Source: a bacterium (GTDB lineage: Bacteria; Patescibacteriota; Saccharimonadia; Saccharimonadales; UBA4665). From it: a DNA stretch of 64,000 nt. Where the stretch lies: positions 7,062 through 71,061 of the forward strand of contig JAJZAD010000004.1 of NCBI GenBank assembly GCA_021799575.1. The letters are read 5' to 3'. Both the position numbers and the translations under genes were made by a program. Shown piece by piece: positions 38,722 through 47,889 of the stretch. Positions within the stretch are counted from its first letter, which is position 1, and each line of letters starts with the position of its first letter. The notes below the pieces were generated by a model, which saw only the letters and a list, made by a program, of their open reading frames with translations, was not told the DNA's origin and searched no databases.

Positions 38722-40338
38722 GTGGCACTAAGTAAAACCAAATACATTTTTGTTACTGGTGGAGTTCTTTCCGGCCTAGGTAAGGGTATAACGGCTGCTT
38801 CAATTGGCAACCTATTAAGGTCCCGGGATTTGAGTGTCAATTTGCAAAAATGTGACCCCTACCTTAACGTTGATGCGGGACTGCTTAATCCGAGGGAACA
38901 CGGAGAAGTCTTTGTTACTAAAGACGGTGCTGAAACTGATTTGGATCTAGGACACTACGAGCGTTTTACCGGAGAAGAGATGACTCAAGCCAGTTCTCTT
39001 ATGGCAGGCAGAGTACTAGCCAAAGTGATTGCTGACGAAAGGGCGGGCAAATATCACGGGGATGATGTACAGATCATTCCGCACTTAACCGCTGCTATCC
39101 AGGAATATATTGAGGCGGCAGGTAATGGCTATGACGTTCATATAATTGAAATTGGCGGGACCGTCGGGGATTACGAATCACTTAGTTTTATAGAGGCCAT
39201 AAGAGAATTTGCAATTAAGGTAGGTAGAGAAAATTGTCTATATGTTCATGTCGTATATCTGCCTTTTCTCTCAGCTTCGCAGGAAATCAAAACTAAACCG
39301 GCTCAAAATTCTGTACGTGAACTCCGAGGCTTAGGCATTCTACCTGACATTTTAGTGGCCAGAAGTGAGGTTCCGGCCAATGGTGCTGCAAAACGGAAGC
39401 TAAGTTTATTTTCGGGAGTGAACGAAGATTCAATCGTCCTATTACCGAACGCTAAGATTATTTACGAGGTACCGTTGACACTCGAAGACAGCGGGATAGG
39501 AAGGGTAATCACTCAAAAGCTCAATATTGCCGTTGGAAAACCTGCACGTTTAGACCAGTGGCGAAAAATGGTATCCAAGGCCAACAAAAACTACAAGCGA
39601 CAGGTATGCGTGGGTTTAGTAGCTAAATATTTGGATAATAGCGATACGTATATGTCGGTGAACGAGGCTCTTAAGTCGGCTGCATGGTGTAACAATACAG
39701 GTATTAAACTGGTTTGGATTGATGCCGTAAACTTAGGTGAAACCAAAGATGTCAAGACAGCCCTAAAAGAATGCGATGCAATTATTGTACCCGGAGGTTT
39801 TGGAAAACGCGGTGTAGAAGGAAAGATTGCTGCCGCACAGTATGCGCTGGTTAATAATATTCCCTATCTTGGTTTGTGCTACGGTTTACATATGGCTGTT
39901 ATTGCCGCGGCTCGTATAGGCGGACTTAAAGGGGCAAATACGACCGAAGTCGATCCCGATACCAAGTATCCGGTTATCGATACCATGGCAGACCAAAGAG
40001 GTAAGGAGAATACCGGGGGAACCATGCGGCTGGGTAACTATAAATGTAAACTGGCTCCTGACAGTTTAACTGCCAGACTATATGGTAAAACAGACATTGT
40101 AGAGAGACACAGACACAGGTGGGAGTGTAACCCGAAGTATGTCGATTCCTATGAGGATTGGGGTATAAGAGCAGTAGGATTTAATCCTGGTACGGGGTTG
40201 GTGGAGGTCGTTGAGGGGATTAAGCATCCGTATTTTATAGGAAGCCAATTTCATCCGGAGTTTAAATCCAGACCTACAGTATGTCATCCATTATTTGGCG
40301 GATTAATTAAAGCTGCCTTGCAAAAAGAGCGCCGATAG
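38722..40338 (+). CDS. pyrG: CTP synthase
   Basis: FVTGGVLSGLGKG, DPYLNVD, VPGGFG, GLCYG, SQFHPE. Confidence 0.98.
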   Translation: MALSKTKYIFVTGGVLSGLGKGITAASIGNLLRSRDLSVNLQKCDPYLNVDAGLLNPREHGEVFVTKDGAETDLDLGHYERFTGEEMTQASSLMAGRVLAKVIADERAGKYHGDDVQIIPHLTAAIQEYIEAAGNGYDVHIIEIGGTVGDYESLSFIEAIREFAIKVGRENCLYVHVVYLPFLSASQEIKTKPAQNSVRELRGLGILPDILVARSEVPANGAAKRKLSLFSGVNEDSIVLLPNAKIIYEVPLTLEDSGIGRVITQKLNIAVGKPARLDQWRKMVSKANKNYKRQVCVGLVAKYLDNSDTYMSVNEALKSAAWCNNTGIKLVWIDAVNLGETKDVKTALKECDAIIVPGGFGKRGVEGKIAAAQYALVNNIPYLGLCYGLHMAVIAAARIGGLKGANTTEVDPDTKYPVIDTMADQRGKENTGGTMRLGNYKCKLAPDSLTARLYGKTDIVERHRHRWECNPKYVDSYEDWGIRAVGFNPGTGLVEVVEGIKHPYFIGSQFHPEFKSRPTVCHPLFGGLIKAALQKERR

Positions 40339-40353
40339 TTTACCTTAAGCTGT

Positions 40354-40749
40354 ATGGATGAACTGAAAGACGATACTCATAAAAGGATATTGTTAGTAGA
40401 AGATGATGACGGCCTGGCAAACGTCTATGTAACTCGTCTAGAAGCTGAGGGTTTTAATGTACGGAGGGTTGCTGACGGAGAAGATGCCCTAGCGGCTGCA
40501 GTTAACTATCATCCCGATCTGGTATTGCTTGACGTAATGATGCCCAAGGTTAGTGGTTTTGATGTGCTAGATATACTAAGGAATACTCCGGAAACTGCCA
40601 AGCTGAAGGTTATTATGCTCACCGCACTTAGTCAGGATAGCGATAAACAAAGAGCTCAAAGTTTAGGAGTTGACGATTATTTGGTTAAATCTCAAGTTGT
40701 CATCGCTGACGTTATCGATAGGATTCGTCACCATCTAGGACTTAATTAA
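40354..40749 (+). CDS. Single-domain response regulator (intact receiver)
   Basis: LVEDD, LLDVMMP (phospho-Asp), MLTA, LVK. Confidence 0.93.
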   Translation: MDELKDDTHKRILLVEDDDGLANVYVTRLEAEGFNVRRVADGEDALAAAVNYHPDLVLLDVMMPKVSGFDVLDILRNTPETAKLKVIMLTALSQDSDKQRAQSLGVDDYLVKSQVVIADVIDRIRHHLGLN

Positions 40750-41014
40750 CGCTTACCTCGGTACGCCTTACCGATTTACCGGTAAATAAACGGACTTTAC
40801 GTGTTTTGTAGCTGACTATTCCGTCGCGAGCAGCGTGGATGGTGTAGTTGTGACTCATTTTAGTACCAGCTCCCGGTCTTTTAGTCATGCCGACTTGCCG
40901 GACTATTACCTGACCGACTTTAACTTGTTGGCCACCGAATAGTTTGACTCCTAAACGTTGACCCGGAGAGTCGTGAACATTTTTAGCTGTACCGCCTGCT
41001 TTTACGTGGGACAT
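40742..41014 (-). CDS. rpmA: 50S ribosomal protein L27
   Basis: MSHVKAGG, DSPGQRLGVK, IVRQ. Confidence 0.95.
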   Translation of the reverse strand: MSHVKAGGTAKNVHDSPGQRLGVKLFGGQQVKVGQVIVRQVGMTKRPGAGTKMSHNYTIHAARDGIVSYKTRKVRLFTGKSVRRTEVSVN

Positions 41015-41027
41015 AGAGAGTATTCCT

Positions 41028-42275
41028 TTAGATCTTAGTTAATACTAACAGCTCCCGCGCCACTCTTTGATCTGGCCGATAATAAATTAATTGTTCGTCG
41101 GGAGCATGAACAAAACTTACCCGATTATAGCCAATCACCTCTAGAGAGTCAATAAGCGGCAAGTGGGTGAATCTACCGTTACTGTTGCGCCACGCCGGTA
41201 CGGCCAGACAAAGCCGGCTACCTTTATCGATTTGCTGATAAATATTAGCCAAGAATCCTTGGATTATGTCGTTACATTCCGCAATCACCGGTTTTAAATC
41301 ATTAATTTTTACCGAAGCCGGTAGAGGCTTACCTAGAAAGGTCTCGCTAGCAATAAAATCGGGTCCGAGCGTCCAGTGATGCTTAGTGGCATCTGCAGGG
41401 TATATAGTGATCGAAACGTCTGGGTTTAACGGTGTTTGGGGCAGTTTAGCTAGCCATTTTATATTGGCTTTGGCATAATTTACCATCCGTACATTAATGT
41501 CCGTCCCGATACTGTCGTAGCCCATAATTCCAGCCTCTTGTATGATTACCCCGGTGCCGCAGAACGGATCCAATAATCGATCTTTAAAATGAATTTTTTG
41601 TAACGGTATCCCACGCGGTGTTGCGCATATCGATCGTTCGGCTGCTTTAGGTAGTAAACCGACGCTGAGATTAATAATGATTTGAGCTAGTTTGGGCGGC
41701 AACATACCTACTTTGGGATCGCGAGCCGGTCGTCCTTGATCCCGTCGGCCGTAAGCTGCAATATCCTGAGTTTTGATAGTTTGTCCAATAACCGTCGATT
41801 TACCGTTTTTGATTAACAGTAACTCCCAACCATTTTCATCTGTTAAATGGTTATGAATGACCTGAGCGCTGTTCAAATATGTTTCTTTGTTGGGTACTAC
41901 TCTCACACTGCGGCCGGTATTTTTGATAGCTAGTTTAAGTGCAATAGCCATCGCTTGAACTTGCTTAGCTGAAGCATTAAACCCATATGCGCTGATGCCT
42001 AAATTCAGCTTGCCTTTGGGAATAAGCTGACTCTGCTTCGGACCGGTTGTGCGTAAAAAGCGGTCTATCTCATGCCATTCGGAAGTTTCTAATTCGGTTA
42101 GTATTTTTGCGAACTTGACGCCTCCACCTAAGCGATCGAAAGCCAAAAGACACGGGTCAATATCTAAAACCGCGGCCTGTAATCCTAACGGTCTGACTTT
42201 TTCTGCTCCGTACAGACTTTCCAGTTCGGCTATACCCAAATAAGGCTGACGTCCTAAGATAACCAGGCTTTGCAT
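41028..42275 (-). CDS. THUMP/Trm11-like RNA methyltransferase
   Basis: GMLPPKLAQ, LDPFCGTG, GTDIN; ATG 42275 preferred over TTG 42305. Confidence 0.8.
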   Translation of the reverse strand: MQSLVILGRQPYLGIAELESLYGAEKVRPLGLQAAVLDIDPCLLAFDRLGGGVKFAKILTELETSEWHEIDRFLRTTGPKQSQLIPKGKLNLGISAYGFNASAKQVQAMAIALKLAIKNTGRSVRVVPNKETYLNSAQVIHNHLTDENGWELLLIKNGKSTVIGQTIKTQDIAAYGRRDQGRPARDPKVGMLPPKLAQIIINLSVGLLPKAAERSICATPRGIPLQKIHFKDRLLDPFCGTGVIIQEAGIMGYDSIGTDINVRMVNYAKANIKWLAKLPQTPLNPDVSITIYPADATKHHWTLGPDFIASETFLGKPLPASVKINDLKPVIAECNDIIQGFLANIYQQIDKGSRLCLAVPAWRNSNGRFTHLPLIDSLEVIGYNRVSFVHAPDEQLIYYRPDQRVARELLVLTKI

Positions 42276-42348
42276 ACTGGTAAATATATTAGCCTGAAAT
42301 TTCAATTACGCTAAATTAAGCTAAGTTTCAGCTATAATGGTCTAGATC

Positions 42349-43425
42349 ATGAGCAAAACCTTAAGCTTCATCGTAAAGAGGTGGAGGCTTTTACTGAATA
42401 TTGTCACAGTAGTGGCACTGATTTTCCTGATTTATTTTATCCGTCACGATTTAGCTACCACATTTCGTAACTTATTACACGTCAACGGCTGGGCGATTTT
42501 CTTGATGGTGCCGATCGAAATGTTTAATTATCACTACCAGGCCAGGCTTTATCAGATGCTTTTCAGGATAGTAGGCAACAAATTGGACTACCGTTATTTG
42601 TTTCGGGCATCTCTTGAACTGGCATTTGTCAACCACGTATTTCCAAGTGGCGGTGTAGCCGGGATTTCTTATTTCAGTTTAAGGCTTAGAGATGAAGATA
42701 TCAGCGGCGCTAAAGCCAGTATGGTCCAGTTCATGAAGCTTTTGTTAACTATATTTTCATTTGAGATATTGGTTTTTATAAGTATCTTCTTCCTGGCCAT
42801 AGGAGGTAAGGTCAACAGTTTTACAATCCTGGTGGCCAGCATTCTATCCACTTTATTGTTAGTAGGGTCGGCTATGTTTATCTATATTATCGGCAACCGG
42901 CATCGGATCGGAGCGTTTCTTGAATACGTGACCGTAAAGCTTAACCGGTTGATAAGCCTAATCCCTAGCACTAAAAAAGAGGCTATTGACATCACTAAGG
43001 CGAGAATGGTTTTTGATGATTTTCACGAAACGTTTTCGGAAATGCGAAAAGATAAACGTAAAATGCGCAAGCCGCTACTTTATGCCTTGATGTTAAACAT
43101 TACCGAGATCTCAGTAATATATGTGGTGTTTATTGCGTTTGGCCATTTCATTAATCCAGGGGCGGTCATTTTAGCATATGGTGTCGCCAACTTTTCCGGT
43201 TTTATATCAGTTCTTCCAGGAGGGGTAGGTATATATGAAGCCTTAATGATAGCGGTATTGTTTACAGCGGGTGTTTCTACTGACCTGAGCTTACCGGTAA
43301 TTATTATGTATCGCGTGCTTAATACTCTCATCCAGCTTCCGCCGGGTTATTATTTTTACCAAAAGTATATTTCTCAGCACGGAAAACCGCCGAAAACCAG
43401 GGAGTATTATGGCAGAAGCAGTTGA
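42349..43425 (+). CDS. Lysylphosphatidylglycerol-synthase-TM / flippase-like membrane protein
   Basis: FVNHVFPSGG, LPGGVGIYE, MYRVL; multiple TM segments. Confidence 0.85.
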   Translation: MSKTLSFIVKRWRLLLNIVTVVALIFLIYFIRHDLATTFRNLLHVNGWAIFLMVPIEMFNYHYQARLYQMLFRIVGNKLDYRYLFRASLELAFVNHVFPSGGVAGISYFSLRLRDEDISGAKASMVQFMKLLLTIFSFEILVFISIFFLAIGGKVNSFTILVASILSTLLLVGSAMFIYIIGNRHRIGAFLEYVTVKLNRLISLIPSTKKEAIDITKARMVFDDFHETFSEMRKDKRKMRKPLLYALMLNITEISVIYVVFIAFGHFINPGAVILAYGVANFSGFISVLPGGVGIYEALMIAVLFTAGVSTDLSLPVIIMYRVLNTLIQLPPGYYFYQKYISQHGKPPKTREYYGRSS

Positions 43426-44551
43426 TTTGTCGGTGAGCGAGTTTGTAGCTGTGTTTAATCAGACTATGGAGTATGCTTTTTCTTCCATTTTTATCCATGG
43501 TGAGCTAGCCAATTTCAGAGTCAGAAAACAAGCATGGGTATATTTTGATCTTAAGGACGAAGAAGCCAGTGTCAGTTGCTTCGGTTCTGTCTACGCGTTA
43601 CCTGGTCCGCTAGAGGATGGCATGATGCTTAAAGTTCGCGGAACCCCTAGATTACACCCTCGTTGGGGGTTTAGTTTTAACTATAATGCTATTAGTCCTG
43701 CCGGGATCGGATCGATAAAGAGACAACAGGAACTACTTGCAGCGAAGCTTGAGCAAGAAGGATTATTTGCTCTTGAGCGCAAGCGTCAACTACCTTACCC
43801 GCCAAAAAGAGTCGGTTTAATCACCTCTGTACAGTCTGCGGCTTTTGCGGACTTTAAGCGCATTTTAGATAACCGTTGGTCAGGTATAGAGGTCGATGTT
43901 TATAATGTCAGCGTTCAGGGAGAAAATGCTTTGGGGGAAATTACCGAAGCCTTAGATTACTTTTCCTCCTTATCGGTACTGCCGGATGTATTGGTGATTA
44001 TCCGAGGCGGAGGCAGCCCTGAGGATTTGGCGGTGTTTAACAGCGAACAGGTTACCAGAGCCGTAGCTGCAAGTCGAGTCCCGACATTAGTAGCAATCGG
44101 ACATGAAAGCGATATTAGTCTAGCCGAGCTGGCAGCGGACAGAAGAGCCTCCACGCCTTCAAATGCAGTGGAAATGCTAGTTCCTGACAAACAAAGCACT
44201 AAATCTCAATTGGAAGCGAGAAGAAGCCTATTAAGCGAGTATTTACGTCATAAAATCGACTCGGCAAGAGCCTATAACTCCCAAATAGGCTCACTGTTGA
44301 CGTTAGCCCTGAAGCATAAATTCGAGCGTGAGAAACAATACATAGATGACAGGACTAAATTAATCGGGGTATTAAGTCCTAGAGAAATTTTAAAACGCGG
44401 CTACGCACTCGTTAAGACTAAAGGACATGTCAGTTACGGTAGAGATTTAAAGAAGGGTAGTATAGTAACTATTGAATTCGCCAAAATTGCATTCGGGGCA
44501 GAAATAACTAAACGTCTTAAAGAGGAGAACAAGAGTTGGCAGATAAAATAG
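43409..44551 (+). CDS. xseA: Exodeoxyribonuclease VII large subunit
   Basis: YFDLKD, IRGGGSPEDL, AIGHESD, STPS, LKRGYA. Confidence 0.97.
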   Translation: MAEAVDLSVSEFVAVFNQTMEYAFSSIFIHGELANFRVRKQAWVYFDLKDEEASVSCFGSVYALPGPLEDGMMLKVRGTPRLHPRWGFSFNYNAISPAGIGSIKRQQELLAAKLEQEGLFALERKRQLPYPPKRVGLITSVQSAAFADFKRILDNRWSGIEVDVYNVSVQGENALGEITEALDYFSSLSVLPDVLVIIRGGGSPEDLAVFNSEQVTRAVAASRVPTLVAIGHESDISLAELAADRRASTPSNAVEMLVPDKQSTKSQLEARRSLLSEYLRHKIDSARAYNSQIGSLLTLALKHKFEREKQYIDDRTKLIGVLSPREILKRGYALVKTKGHVSYGRDLKKGSIVTIEFAKIAFGAEITKRLKEENKSWQIK

Positions 44552-44736
44552 ATTATTTAAAGTTAAGTAACGAGCTTGATCAAATAGTCAGCAAAATGCA
44601 GGACGACAATACTTCCATTGAAGAGTCGATGAAGTTGTACGAAAGAGGTGTTGAGGTTATAAAGGAACTAAACGCTTACCTCGAGACTGCCGAAAACAAG
44701 ATTAAACAGATATCACGTCTCGATAAGGAAAATTAA
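44536..44736 (+). CDS. xseB: Exodeoxyribonuclease VII small subunit
   Basis: ELDQIVSKM...IEESMKLYERG...AENKI; SD GAGGAG with TTG start; follows xseA. Confidence 0.92.
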   Translation: MADKIDYLKLSNELDQIVSKMQDDNTSIEESMKLYERGVEVIKELNAYLETAENKIKQISRLDKEN

Positions 44737-44741
44737 ATCAA

Positions 44742-45242
44742 GTGTTATGGGTTGACATATTATTACTGTTGGCACTGATTGTTGTGCTTAGTTTTGGCTG
44801 GGTACTGATTCGCGGAGCTCCATATTTGCCAACATTGCGCAAACAGATTAAGTGTGCTTTTGAACTGGCTGATCTTAAGCCTGGAGCTACGATAATTGAG
44901 TTGGGTTCTGGTGACGGCAGGGTTTTAATCGCTGCTGCTAAGGCAGGGCTTAAGGCTGTCGGTTACGAGCTAAATCCGTTGTTATTTATCTATAGTCGGA
45001 TCAGAACCAGACGGTTTGGCAAGCAAATTAAGGTAATTTTCGGTGACTTTTGGCTTGCTTCTTGGCCGAGAGCCGATGCAATTTATGTGTTTCAGTTGTC
45101 GAGATTAATGGATCGGGTTGAGCGCAAAATTCGTCAAGAAGGACTAGAAAATGTTATTGTAATCAGTTTCGCGTTTAAGTTTAAGAACCTTGATCCGATT
45201 AAACAAAAAGACGGCGTTTATCTTTATCGGCTACCTAAATAA
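44742..45242 (+). CDS. Membrane-anchored class I SAM methyltransferase
   Basis: N-terminal TM, GAPYLPT, ELGSGDGR, GYELNP. Confidence 0.88.
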   Translation: MLWVDILLLLALIVVLSFGWVLIRGAPYLPTLRKQIKCAFELADLKPGATIIELGSGDGRVLIAAAKAGLKAVGYELNPLLFIYSRIRTRRFGKQIKVIFGDFWLASWPRADAIYVFQLSRLMDRVERKIRQEGLENVIVISFAFKFKNLDPIKQKDGVYLYRLPK

Positions 45243-45282
45243 CATTGCCTAATCATGCTAAATTGAGTTACCATTAGCAATA

Positions 45283-45945
45283 ATGAAAAACACGTCTGAA
45301 GATGGTTTTATCACCGGTTTAGCCGTGGCATTCATAGTGGTGTGTTTAGCTTTTATTGCAGCACTAGTGTTCGGTATCAGTTCTTATTCAGAAGAGCAAA
45401 AGTATAAAAATAATACCTCTGCCTTAATTGCTCAAGCTGTACAGACGGCAGAAAAGAACCAGGCTGCGGCGTTAAACCAGCAATTCCAGCAGCAAAACCA
45501 GAGCCCGTTTACGAGCTATACCGGACCGTCTCAGTACGGCAGTGTTTATTTACCTTATCCTAAGAACTGGAGCGGTTATGTTGACACATCGGGAAATACT
45601 AATCCCCTGGACGGCTATTTTAATCCGGGAGTTGTTCCTTCCGTAGACGTTCAGGGCAATCTGTTCGCCTTACGATTGGAGATTAATGCCAGCTCATACA
45701 GCGATCTTTTGTCTCAGTACATCAGCCAACAACAAAGTGGGGGTTTAAGTATAACACCATATGCACTTAAAAAAGTGCCACAGGTTGTAGGAGTAATGAT
45801 CAGCGGTCAGCTGACACAGAATTCACAGGGAGTCATGGTGATGTTACCCTTGCGCACAAATACTTTACTGATCTGGACTGATCTTAATCAATACGCAAAT
45901 CTTTTAGAAAATCAGATCTTACCGAATGTTAGTTTCCAGCCATAG
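45283..45945 (+). CDS. Hypothetical exported protein with pilin-like N-terminus
   Basis: MKNTSEDG|FITG then hydrophobic helix, coiled coil, YPKNW beta-rich domain. Confidence 0.7.
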   Translation: MKNTSEDGFITGLAVAFIVVCLAFIAALVFGISSYSEEQKYKNNTSALIAQAVQTAEKNQAAALNQQFQQQNQSPFTSYTGPSQYGSVYLPYPKNWSGYVDTSGNTNPLDGYFNPGVVPSVDVQGNLFALRLEINASSYSDLLSQYISQQQSGGLSITPYALKKVPQVVGVMISGQLTQNSQGVMVMLPLRTNTLLIWTDLNQYANLLENQILPNVSFQP

Positions 45946-46021
45946 TTCCTAAAAATTGGCTTAGTACAATTCCCGGTAGTATAATCTGGACTACATACAT
46001 TAGAGGTAAAAGGTCCGATTT

Positions 46022-46738
46022 ATGAGTTCGCGCGTACAAGCTCCGGCCATTTCAAACAACCTGCTTTTGTCCATTATCGAGCAGATGAAATTACCGTTCG
46101 TGCAAATTGCTCGACAGGCAGAGCTGGCACAACTAGGACTTGAACCCGACTATAGGTCGATACGAACCTTAGCCGAAAATGGCATACAACTTATTGACGG
46201 TTATAGCCTGGGTGTTCAATTGGCGAACTTAAACAGTTATGAGCTAACCCCCGAATCGGTATCTGTATCCTCGGTGCTTTATGAAGCCGATCAACAACTA
46301 CAGTCTTTAGCCAGGCTTTATAATATACAGCTTAAACTTAATATAGGCGGGCGGTTTGAACCCGTCTTGGCGCACCGACAAGGTCTGCAGGCAGCGATTA
46401 TAGGTTTAGCAAGTGCCTTAATAGAAGCCTTGCCGTCACAATCGGCTGGCGAACAATCCACCCTTCAACTGGCTACGCACCGTTGCCGTTACGGCATAGT
46501 TGCCGGAGTTTATGCCGATTTACCTAGTTTAAGCAGTGACACTTTAAAGAGGGGACGAAGGTTATATGGTAATTCTCGCCAACCGCTGGTAACGGTTAGC
46601 CACACTACAGGTGCGGGGATTTTTGTCGCCGATACTATCTTTAAGGCGATGCGCCTTAAACTCCACATCTCCAGGCATCATCGTTTGTACGGACTGGGGG
46701 TGGTCTTACAGCCGTCTTCTCAGCTGGCAATGATTTAA
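46022..46738 (+). CDS. Degenerate histidine kinase-like protein (DHp + HATPase-like)
   Basis: H-box-like IEQMKLPF, N-box-like LQAAIIGLASA, G2-like TTGAGIFVADTI; catalytic His and Asn absent. Confidence 0.65.
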   Translation: MSSRVQAPAISNNLLLSIIEQMKLPFVQIARQAELAQLGLEPDYRSIRTLAENGIQLIDGYSLGVQLANLNSYELTPESVSVSSVLYEADQQLQSLARLYNIQLKLNIGGRFEPVLAHRQGLQAAIIGLASALIEALPSQSAGEQSTLQLATHRCRYGIVAGVYADLPSLSSDTLKRGRRLYGNSRQPLVTVSHTTGAGIFVADTIFKAMRLKLHISRHHRLYGLGVVLQPSSQLAMI

Positions 46739-47154
46739 TGAGTAAGCCTAAAAACCGTCTTTTATTAATTGAGCCAGATATGGTTTTAGCACAGATATTG
46801 ACAACCGTTTTAGTTCCCAAAGGCTATACAGTAGTACACGCTTTTACGGCCCAGGAAGCGATTATGAAGGCCGATCTATCGACTCCTGACCTGGTGGTTC
46901 TCGAGCTGCAACTGGTAGACCATAGCGGCATAGAATTTCTATATGAGTTTAGATCATATACCGATTGGGAAAATATACCAGTTATGATATACAGCAGCGT
47001 TCCTCCGGCAGAGTTTAACCACAGCAGAGAAATCATGCTTAACCAATTAGGGGTGAAAAATTATTTATATAAACCAGATACATCGCTGGTTGAATTTATG
47101 CGTAAATTAAATAGCCTTATTCAGAGGACTGATTTCCATAATGAATCAACATAA
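46738..47154 (+). CDS. Atypical response regulator receiver (Asp to Glu)
   Basis: LLLIEPD, PDLVVLELQL, SGIEFL, IPVMIYS, YLYKP. Confidence 0.85.
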   Translation: MSKPKNRLLLIEPDMVLAQILTTVLVPKGYTVVHAFTAQEAIMKADLSTPDLVVLELQLVDHSGIEFLYEFRSYTDWENIPVMIYSSVPPAEFNHSREIMLNQLGVKNYLYKPDTSLVEFMRKLNSLIQRTDFHNEST

Positions 47155-47833
47155 AACTAAAGCGATCGTACTTAGTAGAACTAACTATAGAGAAGCCGAC
47201 CGCATTATAACCGTGATTACTCCGGACTTCGGCAAAGTACATCTAATAGCTAAAGGAGTCAGAGCCCTAAAAAGTAAACTGGCAGGAGGAATCGAACTGT
47301 TTTCAATCAGTGATATATCTTTTATCCGAGGCAGAAGTGAATTGGCGACATTGACCTCGGCACGTTTATATAAATATTACGCCTCTATTCTAGAAGATAT
47401 CGACAGAGTACAGTTAGGCTACGACATGCTAAAAACGATTAATCGGACTACCGAAGACATAGTCGAAGAAGAATACTTTGATCTGCTGGAAGCATCACTG
47501 GAAAGTTTAAACAATGCCAATATACCGCTAGAAATCAGTCAGCTGTGGTTTGTATGTCACCTTATGGAAATATCCGGACATTCACCTAATTTAGGCGTAT
47601 ATGTTTCCGGTAATGAAGCTTCCATTGACGGTATGCGTTTTACTTTTGATTCTGACAGAATGTCATTCATACCCCAACCCGAGGGAATATACAAGCCCAA
47701 TCATATAAAGTATTTACGATTGGTGTTGATGGCTAAAACTCCGAAAGTAATGCTTAATGTAGTCAGTGGGGAAGAATTAATCAGAGAGTTATTGCCTATA
47801 GCCGGCTTAATGCAAAGCCATTTATTAAGATAG
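47141..47833 (+). CDS. recO: DNA repair protein RecO
   Basis: AIVLSRTNYREADRII, AKGVR, SKLAGGIELF. Confidence 0.95.
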   Translation: MNQHKTKAIVLSRTNYREADRIITVITPDFGKVHLIAKGVRALKSKLAGGIELFSISDISFIRGRSELATLTSARLYKYYASILEDIDRVQLGYDMLKTINRTTEDIVEEEYFDLLEASLESLNNANIPLEISQLWFVCHLMEISGHSPNLGVYVSGNEASIDGMRFTFDSDRMSFIPQPEGIYKPNHIKYLRLVLMAKTPKVMLNVVSGEELIRELLPIAGLMQSHLLR

Positions 47834-47889
47834 TGTAATTAATAGTGTAGGCAGGGTATAATTCAAGCTAAAGATTAAAAGGAACCCTT

